A stretch of DNA of 64,000 bases from Candidatus Poribacteria bacterium (GCA_965205025.1 CBDBFU010000002.1:256001-320000); one strand, 5' to 3'. Counted from the stretch's first letter, positions 18,901 to 28,802 are shown. The notes: generated by a model not told the origin, from the letters alone. Translations and numbers: made by a program.

Positions 18901-20108
18901 CTTCCACCAAAACTTGTGATAGGGTCTCCTCCACGGGATGCAATAAAGCGACCATCAGGAGAATATGCAAAAATACCATACATATTTGGGATTAGGGAAA
19001 TCTCTTCTCCTGTTTTTACATCGTAGTGCCATACACCGATGCTACTTCCCACTGTGATTTGCGTACTATCTGGTGAAAACTGCATTCCCCAAATACCGCC
19101 CTTCCCTAAACGCATTTTGGCTTCTTTTGGCAGATGCCATTGTGGATAATTCTCCATTTTATTCTCCTCTCCTGTTTCTGTAGATAGTAGTTGTGTATTA
19201 TCCTGTTGTAGTTTAGGAACAGGAATATCAGGTTGTCGGTTATTATTTTCTACTTGTTGATGCACATTCGATTCTAATACAAGCTTATCTATTACAGGAG
19301 CCTCTACGATTTCAACCGACACCTCTGAACTCGCATCTAAACTATACGGTTGTTGAAAAAGTGACAAATTTTTATTACTGCCAATACCTAACATTATCAA
19401 TACAACTACGAATGTTGAGGCAGCGACTAACCAAGGGACAAACGGTTTGCTGGTTGGTGAAACTATGGGATCTGCTTTGGCGATCTCACGCATGATGTTT
19501 TCCGTGAGATTTGGTGTAATTTTATAGTTTTCCAACGCCTCTCTTATGAAAGGTTCATGTTTCATCAAACGTTGTCGTGCTCGACGTAGTCGACTCTTAA
19601 TCGTATTTGCTGACACCCCTAAAAACTCACTAATCTCTGTACATGACATTTCTCCGAAGTAATGCAATGTCACAACAGTGCGGTCACTCTCCTGCAGTTT
19701 AGCAAGCAACTTCTTCACTACATAACGTTGGGTTTCTACCGCGGATTGTTCTTTTTCCGTAACCACATATTCAGAATATATGGTTTCTTCAATTTTCTCA
19801 TTGTCCGCCTGTTCCATTTCTTCAAATGACTGTGTCTGTATACGTTTTTTACGCAACCAAGCCAAGCAGCACCGTCTTGTAATCACATACATCCAACCGG
19901 CAAATCGCTGTGGATCCTTTAAGGTTTTCAATCGCATATATGCTTTTAGAAATGCATCTTGCGTAATCTCTTCTGCAATATGGAAATCACAGATATACCG
20001 CCATGCAAGCGCGTGCACCTGTTTCCGATATTTTTCCACCAATTTAGAAAAAGCGTCGTCATCCCCTTCAAGGGTAAGTTGGATAAGTTCGGTATCGTCG
20101 TAGTTCAT
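15963..20108 (-). CDS. ECF sigma-TM-WD40-TPR-like fusion with C-terminal beta-sandwich domain
   Basis: Sigma regions 2 and 4, TM, WD40, helical repeats (AHLVLADFY), C-terminal WMILGPFDN...FDSDDQGKVWLNG...LKQGKNSILVKV. Confidence 0.9.
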   Translation of the reverse strand: MNYDDTELIQLTLEGDDDAFSKLVEKYRKQVHALAWRYICDFHIAEEITQDAFLKAYMRLKTLKDPQRFAGWMYVITRRCCLAWLRKKRIQTQSFEEMEQADNEKIEETIYSEYVVTEKEQSAVETQRYVVKKLLAKLQESDRTVVTLHYFGEMSCTEISEFLGVSANTIKSRLRRARQRLMKHEPFIREALENYKITPNLTENIMREIAKADPIVSPTSKPFVPWLVAASTFVVVLIMLGIGSNKNLSLFQQPYSLDASSEVSVEIVEAPVIDKLVLESNVHQQVENNNRQPDIPVPKLQQDNTQLLSTETGEENKMENYPQWHLPKEAKMRLGKGGIWGMQFSPDSTQITVGSSIGVWHYDVKTGEEISLIPNMYGIFAYSPDGRFIASRGGDPITSFGGSHLEKGVVLWNIATASEVSVKEVLPAAKVIRFSNDSKTLVFLSMARDTIYRVNVETGETTTTKLGERPGYLHLENYALAEDKIAIGSDDGRIELWDTRTGIKLSTLREFGKEIRMPDYFVRNNHALTMKFTPDGTRLATGNLDTTVQLWDTSTGEELIVYQKPIVEGKTWRVSTENGKEIVNNPMKNERNGRPVVLAFSPDATLLACGSEDSTIKLWNTLTGKMIATFTGHFSKVGSLVFSPDGNTLVSGGTEGAIRFWDIKKRKPLQKRISGHMWMRTASILNDGSKLVSVSEHGIITVWDLKNSQKTTSITKTMLEEPLYWRWYRRVVLSPDGTILAAHGTQRNSTKPDFNRRVLRLSEVSTGRELKVLPSGYCEVFSPDGKTLISSSGNKIRLLNIETGAEREIVTSEHDEDSDDHKPLIRTVAFSPDGEKIVSGTMGGRVQLWDVETGAELSSFFEEIPPKDNSYRDSNPIFNLAFSSDSSLIAVGSNKRLRLIGRAKQPHFREVTFDNKSSCDKCIFSPDNTILIVGFWGGNIELWDVHTGDLLSTLEGHSVSVEDLSFSDDNKTLISVGGGTILFWDWEKVLTNIHEENQSPETVLQFLEHSTDKPKISDHILTNGEVYLANEWFEDAFIEFIKYLSAADYQSDEIVTTSPVFQYELFTKIGKVGKNIQDKEGFANMMDKLIDHFSHSLSIRINAHLVLADFYHQQGMHQKVEEHTREVDSITVDLSAESTTFQIDVYLSMAVYYHKKGMVEKSDEYIRKIDSIIHNLTPEQQRSTNFVLAEFYRVYRNSGNDSGMKVNAYIQKTGFIPKDSWMILGPFDNAGRIGFDTVYIPEDITEIDLDAKYDGLNEKVSWQKCTDDSLNGYIGFGKDVFWCVAYAFATLTSPDNREAQIRFDSDDQGKVWLNGEEVFTHTKTHSAEIDRYGIPITLKQGKNSILVKVCQEAGGWGFYLRITDQNGQPFDDLKINRKMQD

Positions 20109-20151
20109 TCGTCACCTCTAATATAAATGGTTCATTACCTTTTTATTCTCT

Positions 20152-20181
20152 ATGACGCGATCTGAAACGAAAACGGGTGCA
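20152..20181 (-). promoter_or_regulatory. Putative ECF promoter TGCACC-N18-CGTCAT
   Basis: Shared upstream motif. Confidence 0.65.
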
Positions 20182-20265
20182 TAATTTTACCCGAATTTTG
20201 CAATTCCTTCAAACGGATCAATACATTATTCGTCTCTAATAACATATATATTTAATGTCACTCTC

Positions 20266-23200
20266 TTACTGTGTCACGCGATTGATCCCTAAATCCTCAA
20301 ACGCATGTCCGTTTTGGTCGGTAATCCGCAGATAGAATGCCCATCCACCCATCTCATTACATACCTTAACAAGAATACTATTCTTACCTTGTTTGAGAGT
20401 TACAGGAATAGTGTACCTATCAATTCTTGCCATAAAGGCTTTGGTATGCGAAAAGATCTCATTGCCATTTAACCATACTTTTCCTTGATCGTCACTATCG
20501 AATCGAAATTGAACTTCACGTTCATCCGGGGAGGTAACGGTTGCGAATGCATAGGAGACACGCCAATTAACATTCTCCTCACCAAGATGAATATAACCAT
20601 CTACCTCTTCATCCGTGAACTCTTTCCAACTTACTGTTCCATTGAGTCCATCATATTTTGCATTCAGGTCAATCTGTGTAATGTCTTCAGGGATGTATGC
20701 TGTATCATAGCCGACTCCATCAGCATTATCAAATGGTCCAAGTACCATCCAAGCGTCTTCTGTAACAAAACCAGTTTTTTGGATATACTCATCTGCTTTT
20801 TCAACTATACCAATCTCACGATAATAGTTAGCTAATTCGAATTTAGTTTCTAACAGAAGTTTCAGACTGTAGGGATCATTATGGTCAAGTTCAGCCGTCA
20901 TATCACCAATCTTCTTAATAAACAGATCTGCCTTCTCAACCATATTACTTTCATGATAATACTTAGCCATACTGAGACTGGCGTCCAACTGGTGGTTAAG
21001 ACTCTCAGTGGGAAGGTCAGCAGTTATAGATTCAATTTTCTTAATATGCTCCTCTGCTTTTTGATGTCTACCATCATCGTGATAGAATTTAGCCAAAACC
21101 AGATGTGCATTTAACTGGATACTTAGACTATCAGGAGAAAGGTCGATTAATTGATTCACCATATCGGTAAACCCATTTTTATTCTGGATGCCCTTGCTAA
21201 ATTTGCCAATTTTTGCGAATAACTTGCGTTGAAAACTTGGGGATGTTGTGACATTCCAATCTGGTGGATAATTTGTAGGGAATAAGTATCTTTTAAATTG
21301 TTCTAACGCTGCTTCATACCATTCGTTTGCAAGATATACCTCTCCTTGTGTTAGGAAACGATCTACACTTTTCGCTGGATGCGATGAATGTTCAACGAAT
21401 TTTATCACTTTTTCTTTGGATTGTTCATGAATGTTAATGTCCACATCAGCCTTATGTTCCTGATTCTCTCCACGCGCACTTCTAAGAACTGTGTCCCAAT
21501 CCCAAAACAGAACGTTCCCACCTCCAACACTAATAAGAGTCTTATTATCTGGTGAAAATTTCAAATCTTCTAAAGATACCGAGTGTCCATGAAGTGTCGT
21601 AAGTAATTCTCCAGTTGGCACATCCAATAACCGAATTTCGCCACCATAAAGGCTTCTAAGAAGTACACTATCATCTGGAGAAAAAACTAATAAATCGTCA
21701 TAGACGTTGTCATCTTCGGATACCTCCTTAAAATAAGGTTGGTTCGAACTTCCCAATAAACGTATCTTTTTCCTGCTTCCTACAGCAAGGAGTGAACCAT
21801 CTGAAGAGAAAGCAAAGGCTCTAATAGAATCCTGATAATTGCCATCAATTGGAGGTTGTTCTTCAAAGAAAGAAGATAATTCAACTCCTGTTTCCACATC
21901 CCACATCTGAACAAGTCCCCCGTTTGTACCACTGACAATCTTTTTCCCATCTGGTGAGAATTCAAAACCATTGAGAACTGGGGTATGCGTATCGGAATCA
22001 TCATCCGGTTCTTCAGCTATAATGATCTCCCACATTTCACCTGTTTCAGTATTCAATAAGCGTATCTTATTTCCACCCCAAGCAGCTAAGAGTTTTCCAT
22101 CAGGTGAAAAAATTCTGCCACTTCCACTCGGAAATGCTTTCAATTCCCGTCCTGTTCTGACATCAGTTAAACGAAGTACAGAAGTATTATCGCTTTGTCT
22201 GCCGTGATTGGCAAGTTTTGTTCCATCAGGGGATAACGCATAATGTCTGTAACTTTCCCAATATAACGGTTCCTCAAGTGTCGCTTTAGTCTTGAAGGTA
22301 GTTTTTTGTGAATTTTGCATATCCCATACGGTGACGATACCGTTGGATGAAACACTTGCCAAGTGGGATCCATTATAAAAAAAAGATGCTGTTCTCATCC
22401 ACATGTGTCCTCCAATGCGAGTTTGGAGGGGATTACGCAGTCTAATATCCCAGAAACGAACCGTACCATCGGCACTTCCACTTGCAAGGGTGTTCCCATC
22501 TGGGGAAAATGCTAATATGCGTATAGTACTGAGGTGTCCTGTGAAAATTACGATCAATTCACCAGTAAGAGTATTCCACAATTTTATTGTACAATCTTCA
22601 CTTCCACAGGCAAGGATAGTGCCATCTGGAGAGAATGCCAAGCTAATTGGTCTTCCCATCCTCTCATCCTTCATAGGATCTCGTACTATATTCTTGCCAT
22701 CTTGAGAGAATACCAGATTACCTTTGCTTTGTTTAGGCTTTTGTAAGGTAATCAACTCTTTGCCTGTGGTTGTATCCCATAGTTGTACCGTTGTATCTAA
22801 ATTTCCAGTTGCGAGTTGTGTGCCATCTGGTGAAAATTCCATAGTTAAAGGATGGTTTTCCTTCGAAAAAGAACGCGGCATACGGACTGTTTCACCATAT
22901 TCCTTAAGTGTGAATAACCTATTACCTGTCGTTGTGTCCCATAACTCAAGCTTTCCTTTTCTGTCTGAAATAGCGATTTTATCTTCAGTTAGTTCATAGT
23001 ATTCAGATGATGAAGTCTCAGTCCTTTCCCGCATTTCTGTGACTTTCTTTTCTCCGGTCTCCACATTCCACCTGATAATCTCACGTCCGGATTCACCTAT
23101 ACTTATAATCGTTTTTCCATTATCAGTAAATAGGAAACTGGAAGACAAAGAAGGAGCATCAGTCGGTGTGACATTTTTTCCTGTGGCCATCTCCCACAAT

Positions 23201-24396
23201 TCAACATTACCCCCACCTTTTACAATTAAACGTCCATCTGGTGAAAATGCTAATGCTATAGATCCTCGCCTTCCAGGAAATAGGGACATTTCCTTACCTG
23301 TACTTACATCGTAGAACCAGATTCCGAGCGTGCTACTCAACGCGAGTTGCGTGCCATCTGGTGTAAACTGAATTGCCCCAATACCACCCTTACCTAATCG
23401 CGCTTTAGCTTCTTTTGGAATCTCCCATTGTGGATAATTTTCAACAGTACCATTTGCCTGTACATCTTCAACTGATGGTGTATCATTAGATTGTTCTTCA
23501 GAAACTGTCTTTTTAATTTGTGCATTCATACTACCAATTTTCCTTTGTTCCTCAGGTTTCAATGTAGGTTTTTTCATAACTGGTGCCTCCACAATATCAA
23601 TCTCTGTCTCAGACTTAGCATCAAAATTATAAGGTTGCTGAAACCGTGTTAATGTCTTGTTGTATCCAAACCCTAACATTAGCATAACAACTACTACTAC
23701 TGATGTAGCAGTAATTAACCATGGAACCAACGGTTTATTTCCAGACGGAACAGTGGGTTGTGTTTGTGAAATCTCACGCATGATGTTTTCTGTAAGATTT
23801 GGTGTAATTTTAAAGTTTTCCAATGCCTCTTTTATGATGGGTTCATGTTCCTTTAAACTTTGTCGTGCTCGACGTAGTCGACTCTTAATCGTATTTGCTG
23901 ATACACCTAAAAACTCACCGATCTCTGTACATGACATTTCACCGAAGTAATGCAATGTCACGACAGTACGTTCACTCTCCTGTAGTTTTTCGAGTAATTT
24001 CTTCACAATTTCGCGTTGATTTTCTACCGTGGCTTTCTCTTTTTCCGCTACCACATATTCAGAATACACGGTTTCTTCTAATTGCTCATTGTCTACCTGC
24101 TTCATTTGCTCATGCGACTGTGTCCGTAGACGCTTTTTACGCAACCACGCCAGACAGCACCGTCTTGTAATCACATACATCCAACCAGCAAATCGCTGTG
24201 GATCCTTCAAGGTTTTCAATCGCATATATGCTCTTAGAAATGCATCTTGTGTAATTTCCTCAGCGATATGGAAATCACAGATATACCGCCACGCAAGCGC
24301 GTGTACCCGCTTCTGATATTTTTTCATCAGCATAGAAAATGCGTCGTCATCTCCTTCAAGGGCACGGTGGATAAGTTCAGCATCTTTGTATTCCAT
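20266..24396 (-). CDS. ECF sigma-TM-WD40-TPR-like fusion, close paralog of 15963..20108
   Basis: Long identical stretches shared with the neighbour, e.g. VHALAWRYICDFHIAEEITQDAFL and LATGNLDTTVQLWDT. Confidence 0.9.
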   Translation of the reverse strand: MEYKDAELIHRALEGDDDAFSMLMKKYQKRVHALAWRYICDFHIAEEITQDAFLRAYMRLKTLKDPQRFAGWMYVITRRCCLAWLRKKRLRTQSHEQMKQVDNEQLEETVYSEYVVAEKEKATVENQREIVKKLLEKLQESERTVVTLHYFGEMSCTEIGEFLGVSANTIKSRLRRARQSLKEHEPIIKEALENFKITPNLTENIMREISQTQPTVPSGNKPLVPWLITATSVVVVVMLMLGFGYNKTLTRFQQPYNFDAKSETEIDIVEAPVMKKPTLKPEEQRKIGSMNAQIKKTVSEEQSNDTPSVEDVQANGTVENYPQWEIPKEAKARLGKGGIGAIQFTPDGTQLALSSTLGIWFYDVSTGKEMSLFPGRRGSIALAFSPDGRLIVKGGGNVELWEMATGKNVTPTDAPSLSSSFLFTDNGKTIISIGESGREIIRWNVETGEKKVTEMRERTETSSSEYYELTEDKIAISDRKGKLELWDTTTGNRLFTLKEYGETVRMPRSFSKENHPLTMEFSPDGTQLATGNLDTTVQLWDTTTGKELITLQKPKQSKGNLVFSQDGKNIVRDPMKDERMGRPISLAFSPDGTILACGSEDCTIKLWNTLTGELIVIFTGHLSTIRILAFSPDGNTLASGSADGTVRFWDIRLRNPLQTRIGGHMWMRTASFFYNGSHLASVSSNGIVTVWDMQNSQKTTFKTKATLEEPLYWESYRHYALSPDGTKLANHGRQSDNTSVLRLTDVRTGRELKAFPSGSGRIFSPDGKLLAAWGGNKIRLLNTETGEMWEIIIAEEPDDDSDTHTPVLNGFEFSPDGKKIVSGTNGGLVQMWDVETGVELSSFFEEQPPIDGNYQDSIRAFAFSSDGSLLAVGSRKKIRLLGSSNQPYFKEVSEDDNVYDDLLVFSPDDSVLLRSLYGGEIRLLDVPTGELLTTLHGHSVSLEDLKFSPDNKTLISVGGGNVLFWDWDTVLRSARGENQEHKADVDINIHEQSKEKVIKFVEHSSHPAKSVDRFLTQGEVYLANEWYEAALEQFKRYLFPTNYPPDWNVTTSPSFQRKLFAKIGKFSKGIQNKNGFTDMVNQLIDLSPDSLSIQLNAHLVLAKFYHDDGRHQKAEEHIKKIESITADLPTESLNHQLDASLSMAKYYHESNMVEKADLFIKKIGDMTAELDHNDPYSLKLLLETKFELANYYREIGIVEKADEYIQKTGFVTEDAWMVLGPFDNADGVGYDTAYIPEDITQIDLNAKYDGLNGTVSWKEFTDEEVDGYIHLGEENVNWRVSYAFATVTSPDEREVQFRFDSDDQGKVWLNGNEIFSHTKAFMARIDRYTIPVTLKQGKNSILVKVCNEMGGWAFYLRITDQNGHAFEDLGINRVTQ

Positions 24397-24440
24397 CGTT
24401 ATATCCTGGCTTAAAGTCGTTGATTATCTATTTAAACACT

Positions 24441-24470
24441 GTGACGCGCAATAGAGTGCAAACGGGTGCA
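24441..24470 (-). promoter_or_regulatory. Putative ECF promoter TGCACC-N18-CGTCAC
   Basis: Shared upstream motif. Confidence 0.65.
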
Positions 24471-24526
24471 TAAATTTACACTTTGTGGTGGGAAGGATTT
24501 ATTATGGATGGTTATCTCCATAGTAA

Positions 24527-24549
24527 GTGGGTTTTGGAATCCCACCTAC
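24527..24549 (-). repeat. GTAG-type REP hairpin
   Basis: GTAG-GTGGGATTCCAAAACCCAC. Confidence 0.55.
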
Positions 24550-24587
24550 TACGGTAAGAAGTACTTCTATGAACAAGTACCAATAGA

Positions 24588-25934
24588 TTACACCCAAGAT
24601 GATTTCAACTCATGTATTTTCAACGACGCAAGTGTAGCAGAACCACCCTCAGAATAAATACCAATATCAGCATTATCAAGGTTAGGAAGGAAATAGGAGG
24701 TCATTGATAACGCTCCAACATTTCCAAATGCCTCAATAGAGATACGATCCACCAGAATTTGCAACTGGATCTTACCGTCTTGAAGTGCAAGAGGACCACT
24801 CCTTTCAAGGAAGGTCAACTGCTCTTCTTCTACACTATACCGTACATCTTGACCACGAATATTGAAACCGACAGCCGACGCATCATTGAGTTCGATCTCT
24901 GCCCGGATATCAAAAAGTTCACCTGTTAATCCATCAAGAAGATTTTCATCAGGATTAAGTGGTACATTACTCCATGCATGTGTATAGTCATGGATATTGA
25001 CAATTTCTTCAACAGGTTGACGATGTAAACGGATTCCCTCTGATGTTGTCCGAAGTGTCAACACGCAAGGGAAACTCATCTGCTGATTAAACGGCATCTC
25101 TGGTGGATTACTACCGTTCATCCATGCGATTTGAATACGACGGCCATCCGAATCCGGTATATCACTCCAAGTTTGTGCTGCGTAAAAGTTCGCACCGTAA
25201 TCTGCTCTGTGTGATTCACCATCTGGTGTGAAAGTTGTGCCATCAAAATCACCAACATAATACTTACCACCAGCACCCCAGAACACCCATTTAGTATTAT
25301 CGGGATCATCATCAACAGGGAGTTCAAAGATGTCTGGACATTCCCCATCTGGAATCTTTATGTCCGAAAGTCGTTCCCATTCCCTTAGGTTTGTGGATCC
25401 GAAAAAAGCAAAGTCATTTCCGTCAAGGAAAAGTGTCATTACCCACTTATTTGTAGGTTCATGCCAGATTACCTTTGGATCACGATTACTCGCAACAATA
25501 TGTTCAATGACAGGATTTCCTTCATATTTAGTCCAACTTCTACCACGGTCATTGCTATAAGCGATACTCTGTGTGAACGGCACAGGTTCAGGGGCATGGT
25601 TTCCAGCGGATGTATAGAAAGCCACCAGAACCGATTCGTCTCCTGTCTGGAATCCAGCAGTATTGTTCCAATCCACAACACCGGAACCCGAAAAAATCGT
25701 TCCAAGTTCATCCGGATGGATGGCGTGTGGGAGTTGTTTCCAATGAACAAGATCTCGACTTACAGCGTGCCCCCAGGTCATGTTCCCCCAATTGATACCT
25801 GTTGGATTGTGTTGGAAAAAGAGGTGATATTCCCCTTTATAATATATCAATCCGTTTGGATCATTCGTCCAATTTGTTTTTGGTGTAAAATGGAATTGTG
25901 GACGATACGTTTCATTATATGCAGTTTGAATCAT
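24588..25934 (-). CDS. GH32 beta-fructofuranosidase/levanase
   Basis: RPQFHF, WTNDPNG nucleophile motif, WGHAVSRDLVHW, FSGS, RDPKV, ECPD, FYAAQTW. Confidence 0.93.
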   Translation of the reverse strand: MIQTAYNETYRPQFHFTPKTNWTNDPNGLIYYKGEYHLFFQHNPTGINWGNMTWGHAVSRDLVHWKQLPHAIHPDELGTIFSGSGVVDWNNTAGFQTGDESVLVAFYTSAGNHAPEPVPFTQSIAYSNDRGRSWTKYEGNPVIEHIVASNRDPKVIWHEPTNKWVMTLFLDGNDFAFFGSTNLREWERLSDIKIPDGECPDIFELPVDDDPDNTKWVFWGAGGKYYVGDFDGTTFTPDGESHRADYGANFYAAQTWSDIPDSDGRRIQIAWMNGSNPPEMPFNQQMSFPCVLTLRTTSEGIRLHRQPVEEIVNIHDYTHAWSNVPLNPDENLLDGLTGELFDIRAEIELNDASAVGFNIRGQDVRYSVEEEQLTFLERSGPLALQDGKIQLQILVDRISIEAFGNVGALSMTSYFLPNLDNADIGIYSEGGSATLASLKIHELKSSWV

Positions 25935-26002
25935 AATCTGTTCCTCTCTATAATTGTATGATAGTCTGTACTTACTTCTCTTAACGGTATATTTTGGTTG
26001 AC

Positions 26003-26031
26003 ATTCTATACCTCGTATTCTATTTTGTCAA
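26003..26031 (-). promoter_or_regulatory. Sigma70 promoter for GH32
   Basis: TTGACA-N17-TAGAAT on the minus strand. An overlapping TTGACA (25998-26003) faces the other way. Confidence 0.6.
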
Positions 26032-26231
26032 GAACGGCTTAATTGGAGCTGAGACAATTTGTCAGATTGGATAGTGTATGAAACCTAACCTCTTATACAG
26101 AAAAATCGTAGATTAGAATTTTAAATTTGTATAGAACTTGTATTTTTACAAAATTATACATCAATTTTGACGTTTCACGGGTTGTCATATATAATACAGA
26201 TTAATGAACCTATTTCGCATTGAGACTAACT

Positions 26232-28802
26232 ATGATCAGAGAAGCACTTCACAACCTCAAAATTTCACCTGTCCTTACTGATAACATCATGCGTGAAACC
26301 TCTCAAATTAAACCCACTCCATCACCTACCAACAAACCTTTAATACCATGGGTAATAGGTGCATCAAGTATTATATTGATTGTCCTTATGATTGGGATAG
26401 GTAGCCAATACATAGGACGTTTTCAGAAACCTTATAGTTTGGATACCCAATCCGAAACAACAGTTGAAGTGGTTAATTCACCAGTTGTCAAGAAACTAAA
26501 TATAAAACAGGATGAACAAATTCAGTTAGGTGGACGTTCCGATAAGGGGGGTAAGAACAGGGACAACAGTGAGGAGTCGAACCAAACTATTGCTGATAAT
26601 AGTGATTATACGTTATGGGGATTGCCAGAAGATGCAATACGACGACTTGGGAAAGGCACGTTTACAGATATGCAGATATCTCCTGATGGTGATAGCTTAG
26701 CTATTGCCAGTTCAACAGGTATTTGGTTATACGATATCAAGACAGGATCAGAAACCGCTCTTCTTACAGAAAACAGCGCGTTAATAGGATATATAGCATA
26801 CTCTCCTGATAGTACTAAACTGGCGAGTACTGGTGGAGATAAGAAATGCCGTATCTGGGATATTAAGAGTCAGAAACTTCTTTTAACATTCAAATCTCCT
26901 GATTGGGTTTTCGGTCTGACATTCCTTGATGATGGGAAAACGCTTGTAGGTGAAGGTTTAATAGGTAAATCATCTACCTTTTTTACAAATGGACCTTTGA
27001 GATGGGATGTTCCTAAAATTTGGACTTGGGATATAACCACAGGAAAACTATTAAGTACATATACTACAAAACTTCCGAAATTTAACCTCATGAAAGATGC
27101 AAGAAGCAGTGTCATGGTAAAGGGTTTTGCCAATAAATCACGCGCCATTTTTGCTGTTGAAAATGTAGAATATATAATTAGTGATAGGGAAACAAACACT
27201 GGATATGTAGATCATACAATTAGTGTTAAGGATGCAAACACTAGACTGGAACTAACTAAAATTCCGATAAAAAAAGGGAGGCTATACTCCTACAATTTCT
27301 CGCCAGATGGTAAAAACCTTGCGATTGCACATCACGAGAGTGTGGATATCTGGAACCTTGATACGAACAAACTGATCGGAACGTTTCCAATTATGCGTTC
27401 TGATTATGACAGGAAGTATCGTCTTACATTCTCAAGAAATGGAAAAATCCTCGCAGGAGCATTTAATACACAGGGTATCACTCTATCAAAGGATATCACG
27501 CTATGGAATATGGAAACCCGTTCCAAAATTGCTACAATCGAAAATAAGAGTGAAGGACTATGGGACTTTGTCTTATCTCCTGATGGAACAACTATTGCTA
27601 CCATAAACCATCAAGGGGTAGTAGATTTTTGGTCAGTCAATACTGGCAAACATGAACGTTCATTCACGACTGGATATACAAATAGATTTACTAAGTTGGC
27701 TTTCAGTCAAGATGGTAAAACAGTTGCAGGTACGGTTGGTAACGCAATCCATTTGTGGGATACAGATACTGGCAACCAGAAGTCGGTGTTACAAGTGCCG
27801 GATAATAGAAACAGACATTTAGAACAAAATCAGCGAATTGATCATAGGAACAGCAAGAAACCTGTCCTTTTCAGCTTAACTTTCTCCAAAGATACCGAAA
27901 CCTTATTTACATGTAACACTTTAGGTGTATTCGGAATATGGGATATTACCACTAAGAAATACAGTATCTCTAACTCTATATTAAGCAGACCTTCCATTAG
28001 GTCTCCATGGATAAGCCCATTAACAGAAGGGGCATTGAATTTTACTTTACCACGAACATCAAATATCTACCACCTTATCTCAGCCTCCGTGGATAATACC
28101 AATTATTTTACATCTGAAGCCGATTTTTCAGAAAATGGTGAATTCTTTGCAGTAAAAGATCGGAATGGTTCTGTGAAAGTATGGCATATCCCTATAGAAA
28201 AAAGTTTACATTCACATACAAGCAAAAACAAGGAAGATAAGACAAGCAAAAACAAGAAAGATAAAATTCCGCTAAAATTATCATTCTCCTACAATGGTAA
28301 AACACTGGCTATTGGAGAAAAGCATGATATTAGGATATTAGATACAAAGAAAGGTAATACAATTACGACTTTCAAGATGCCGAATAAGGAACTAAGTGGA
28401 TTTGAAAAATTACAGGCTATGTTCGGTAAAAAGTTTATTGATTTGGGAGTTGAAACAATAGCATTAGCACAAAACGAAAGAATGCTTGTATCTGGAAGTG
28501 GCGGTAATATTATCTATGTGTGGGATGTGGCAACGCGAGAACGTATCTTAACACTCAAGCATACGGACGAAGTGTGTAAATTAGCATTTAGCGCGGATGG
28601 TAATCGTCTTGCCAGTGGGGATGTAGATGGGAAAATATACTTATGGGAGATACCTTCGGGACAGAAACTTTCCACATTTAAACCGTATGAAAGTCCAATT
28701 ACGCAACTGGTATTTTCACCTGACGGCAAAACCCTTACAAGTACAAATTTATACTCTCGTTTTACGGGAACTATACTTCTTTGGGATGTTCCATCCGAAT
28801 AA
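26232..28802 (+). CDS. TM-anchored WD40 protein; ECF-WD40 paralog lacking the sigma domain
   Basis: Begins MIREALHNLKISPVLTDNIMRE, which is the post-sigma linker of the paralogs, followed by the TM helix and WD40 blades. Confidence 0.85.
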   Translation: MIREALHNLKISPVLTDNIMRETSQIKPTPSPTNKPLIPWVIGASSIILIVLMIGIGSQYIGRFQKPYSLDTQSETTVEVVNSPVVKKLNIKQDEQIQLGGRSDKGGKNRDNSEESNQTIADNSDYTLWGLPEDAIRRLGKGTFTDMQISPDGDSLAIASSTGIWLYDIKTGSETALLTENSALIGYIAYSPDSTKLASTGGDKKCRIWDIKSQKLLLTFKSPDWVFGLTFLDDGKTLVGEGLIGKSSTFFTNGPLRWDVPKIWTWDITTGKLLSTYTTKLPKFNLMKDARSSVMVKGFANKSRAIFAVENVEYIISDRETNTGYVDHTISVKDANTRLELTKIPIKKGRLYSYNFSPDGKNLAIAHHESVDIWNLDTNKLIGTFPIMRSDYDRKYRLTFSRNGKILAGAFNTQGITLSKDITLWNMETRSKIATIENKSEGLWDFVLSPDGTTIATINHQGVVDFWSVNTGKHERSFTTGYTNRFTKLAFSQDGKTVAGTVGNAIHLWDTDTGNQKSVLQVPDNRNRHLEQNQRIDHRNSKKPVLFSLTFSKDTETLFTCNTLGVFGIWDITTKKYSISNSILSRPSIRSPWISPLTEGALNFTLPRTSNIYHLISASVDNTNYFTSEADFSENGEFFAVKDRNGSVKVWHIPIEKSLHSHTSKNKEDKTSKNKKDKIPLKLSFSYNGKTLAIGEKHDIRILDTKKGNTITTFKMPNKELSGFEKLQAMFGKKFIDLGVETIALAQNERMLVSGSGGNIIYVWDVATRERILTLKHTDEVCKLAFSADGNRLASGDVDGKIYLWEIPSGQKLSTFKPYESPITQLVFSPDGKTLTSTNLYSRFTGTILLWDVPSE

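Noticed and set aside
5405-24316. Many short plus-strand ORFs (PLAS..PSG.. peptides)
   Set aside because: Antisense shadows of the WD40 codon pattern.
5062-28802. Diversity-generating retroelement acting on WD40 genes
   Set aside because: No reverse transcriptase in the window and no adenine-specific template/variable repeat pair noticed.
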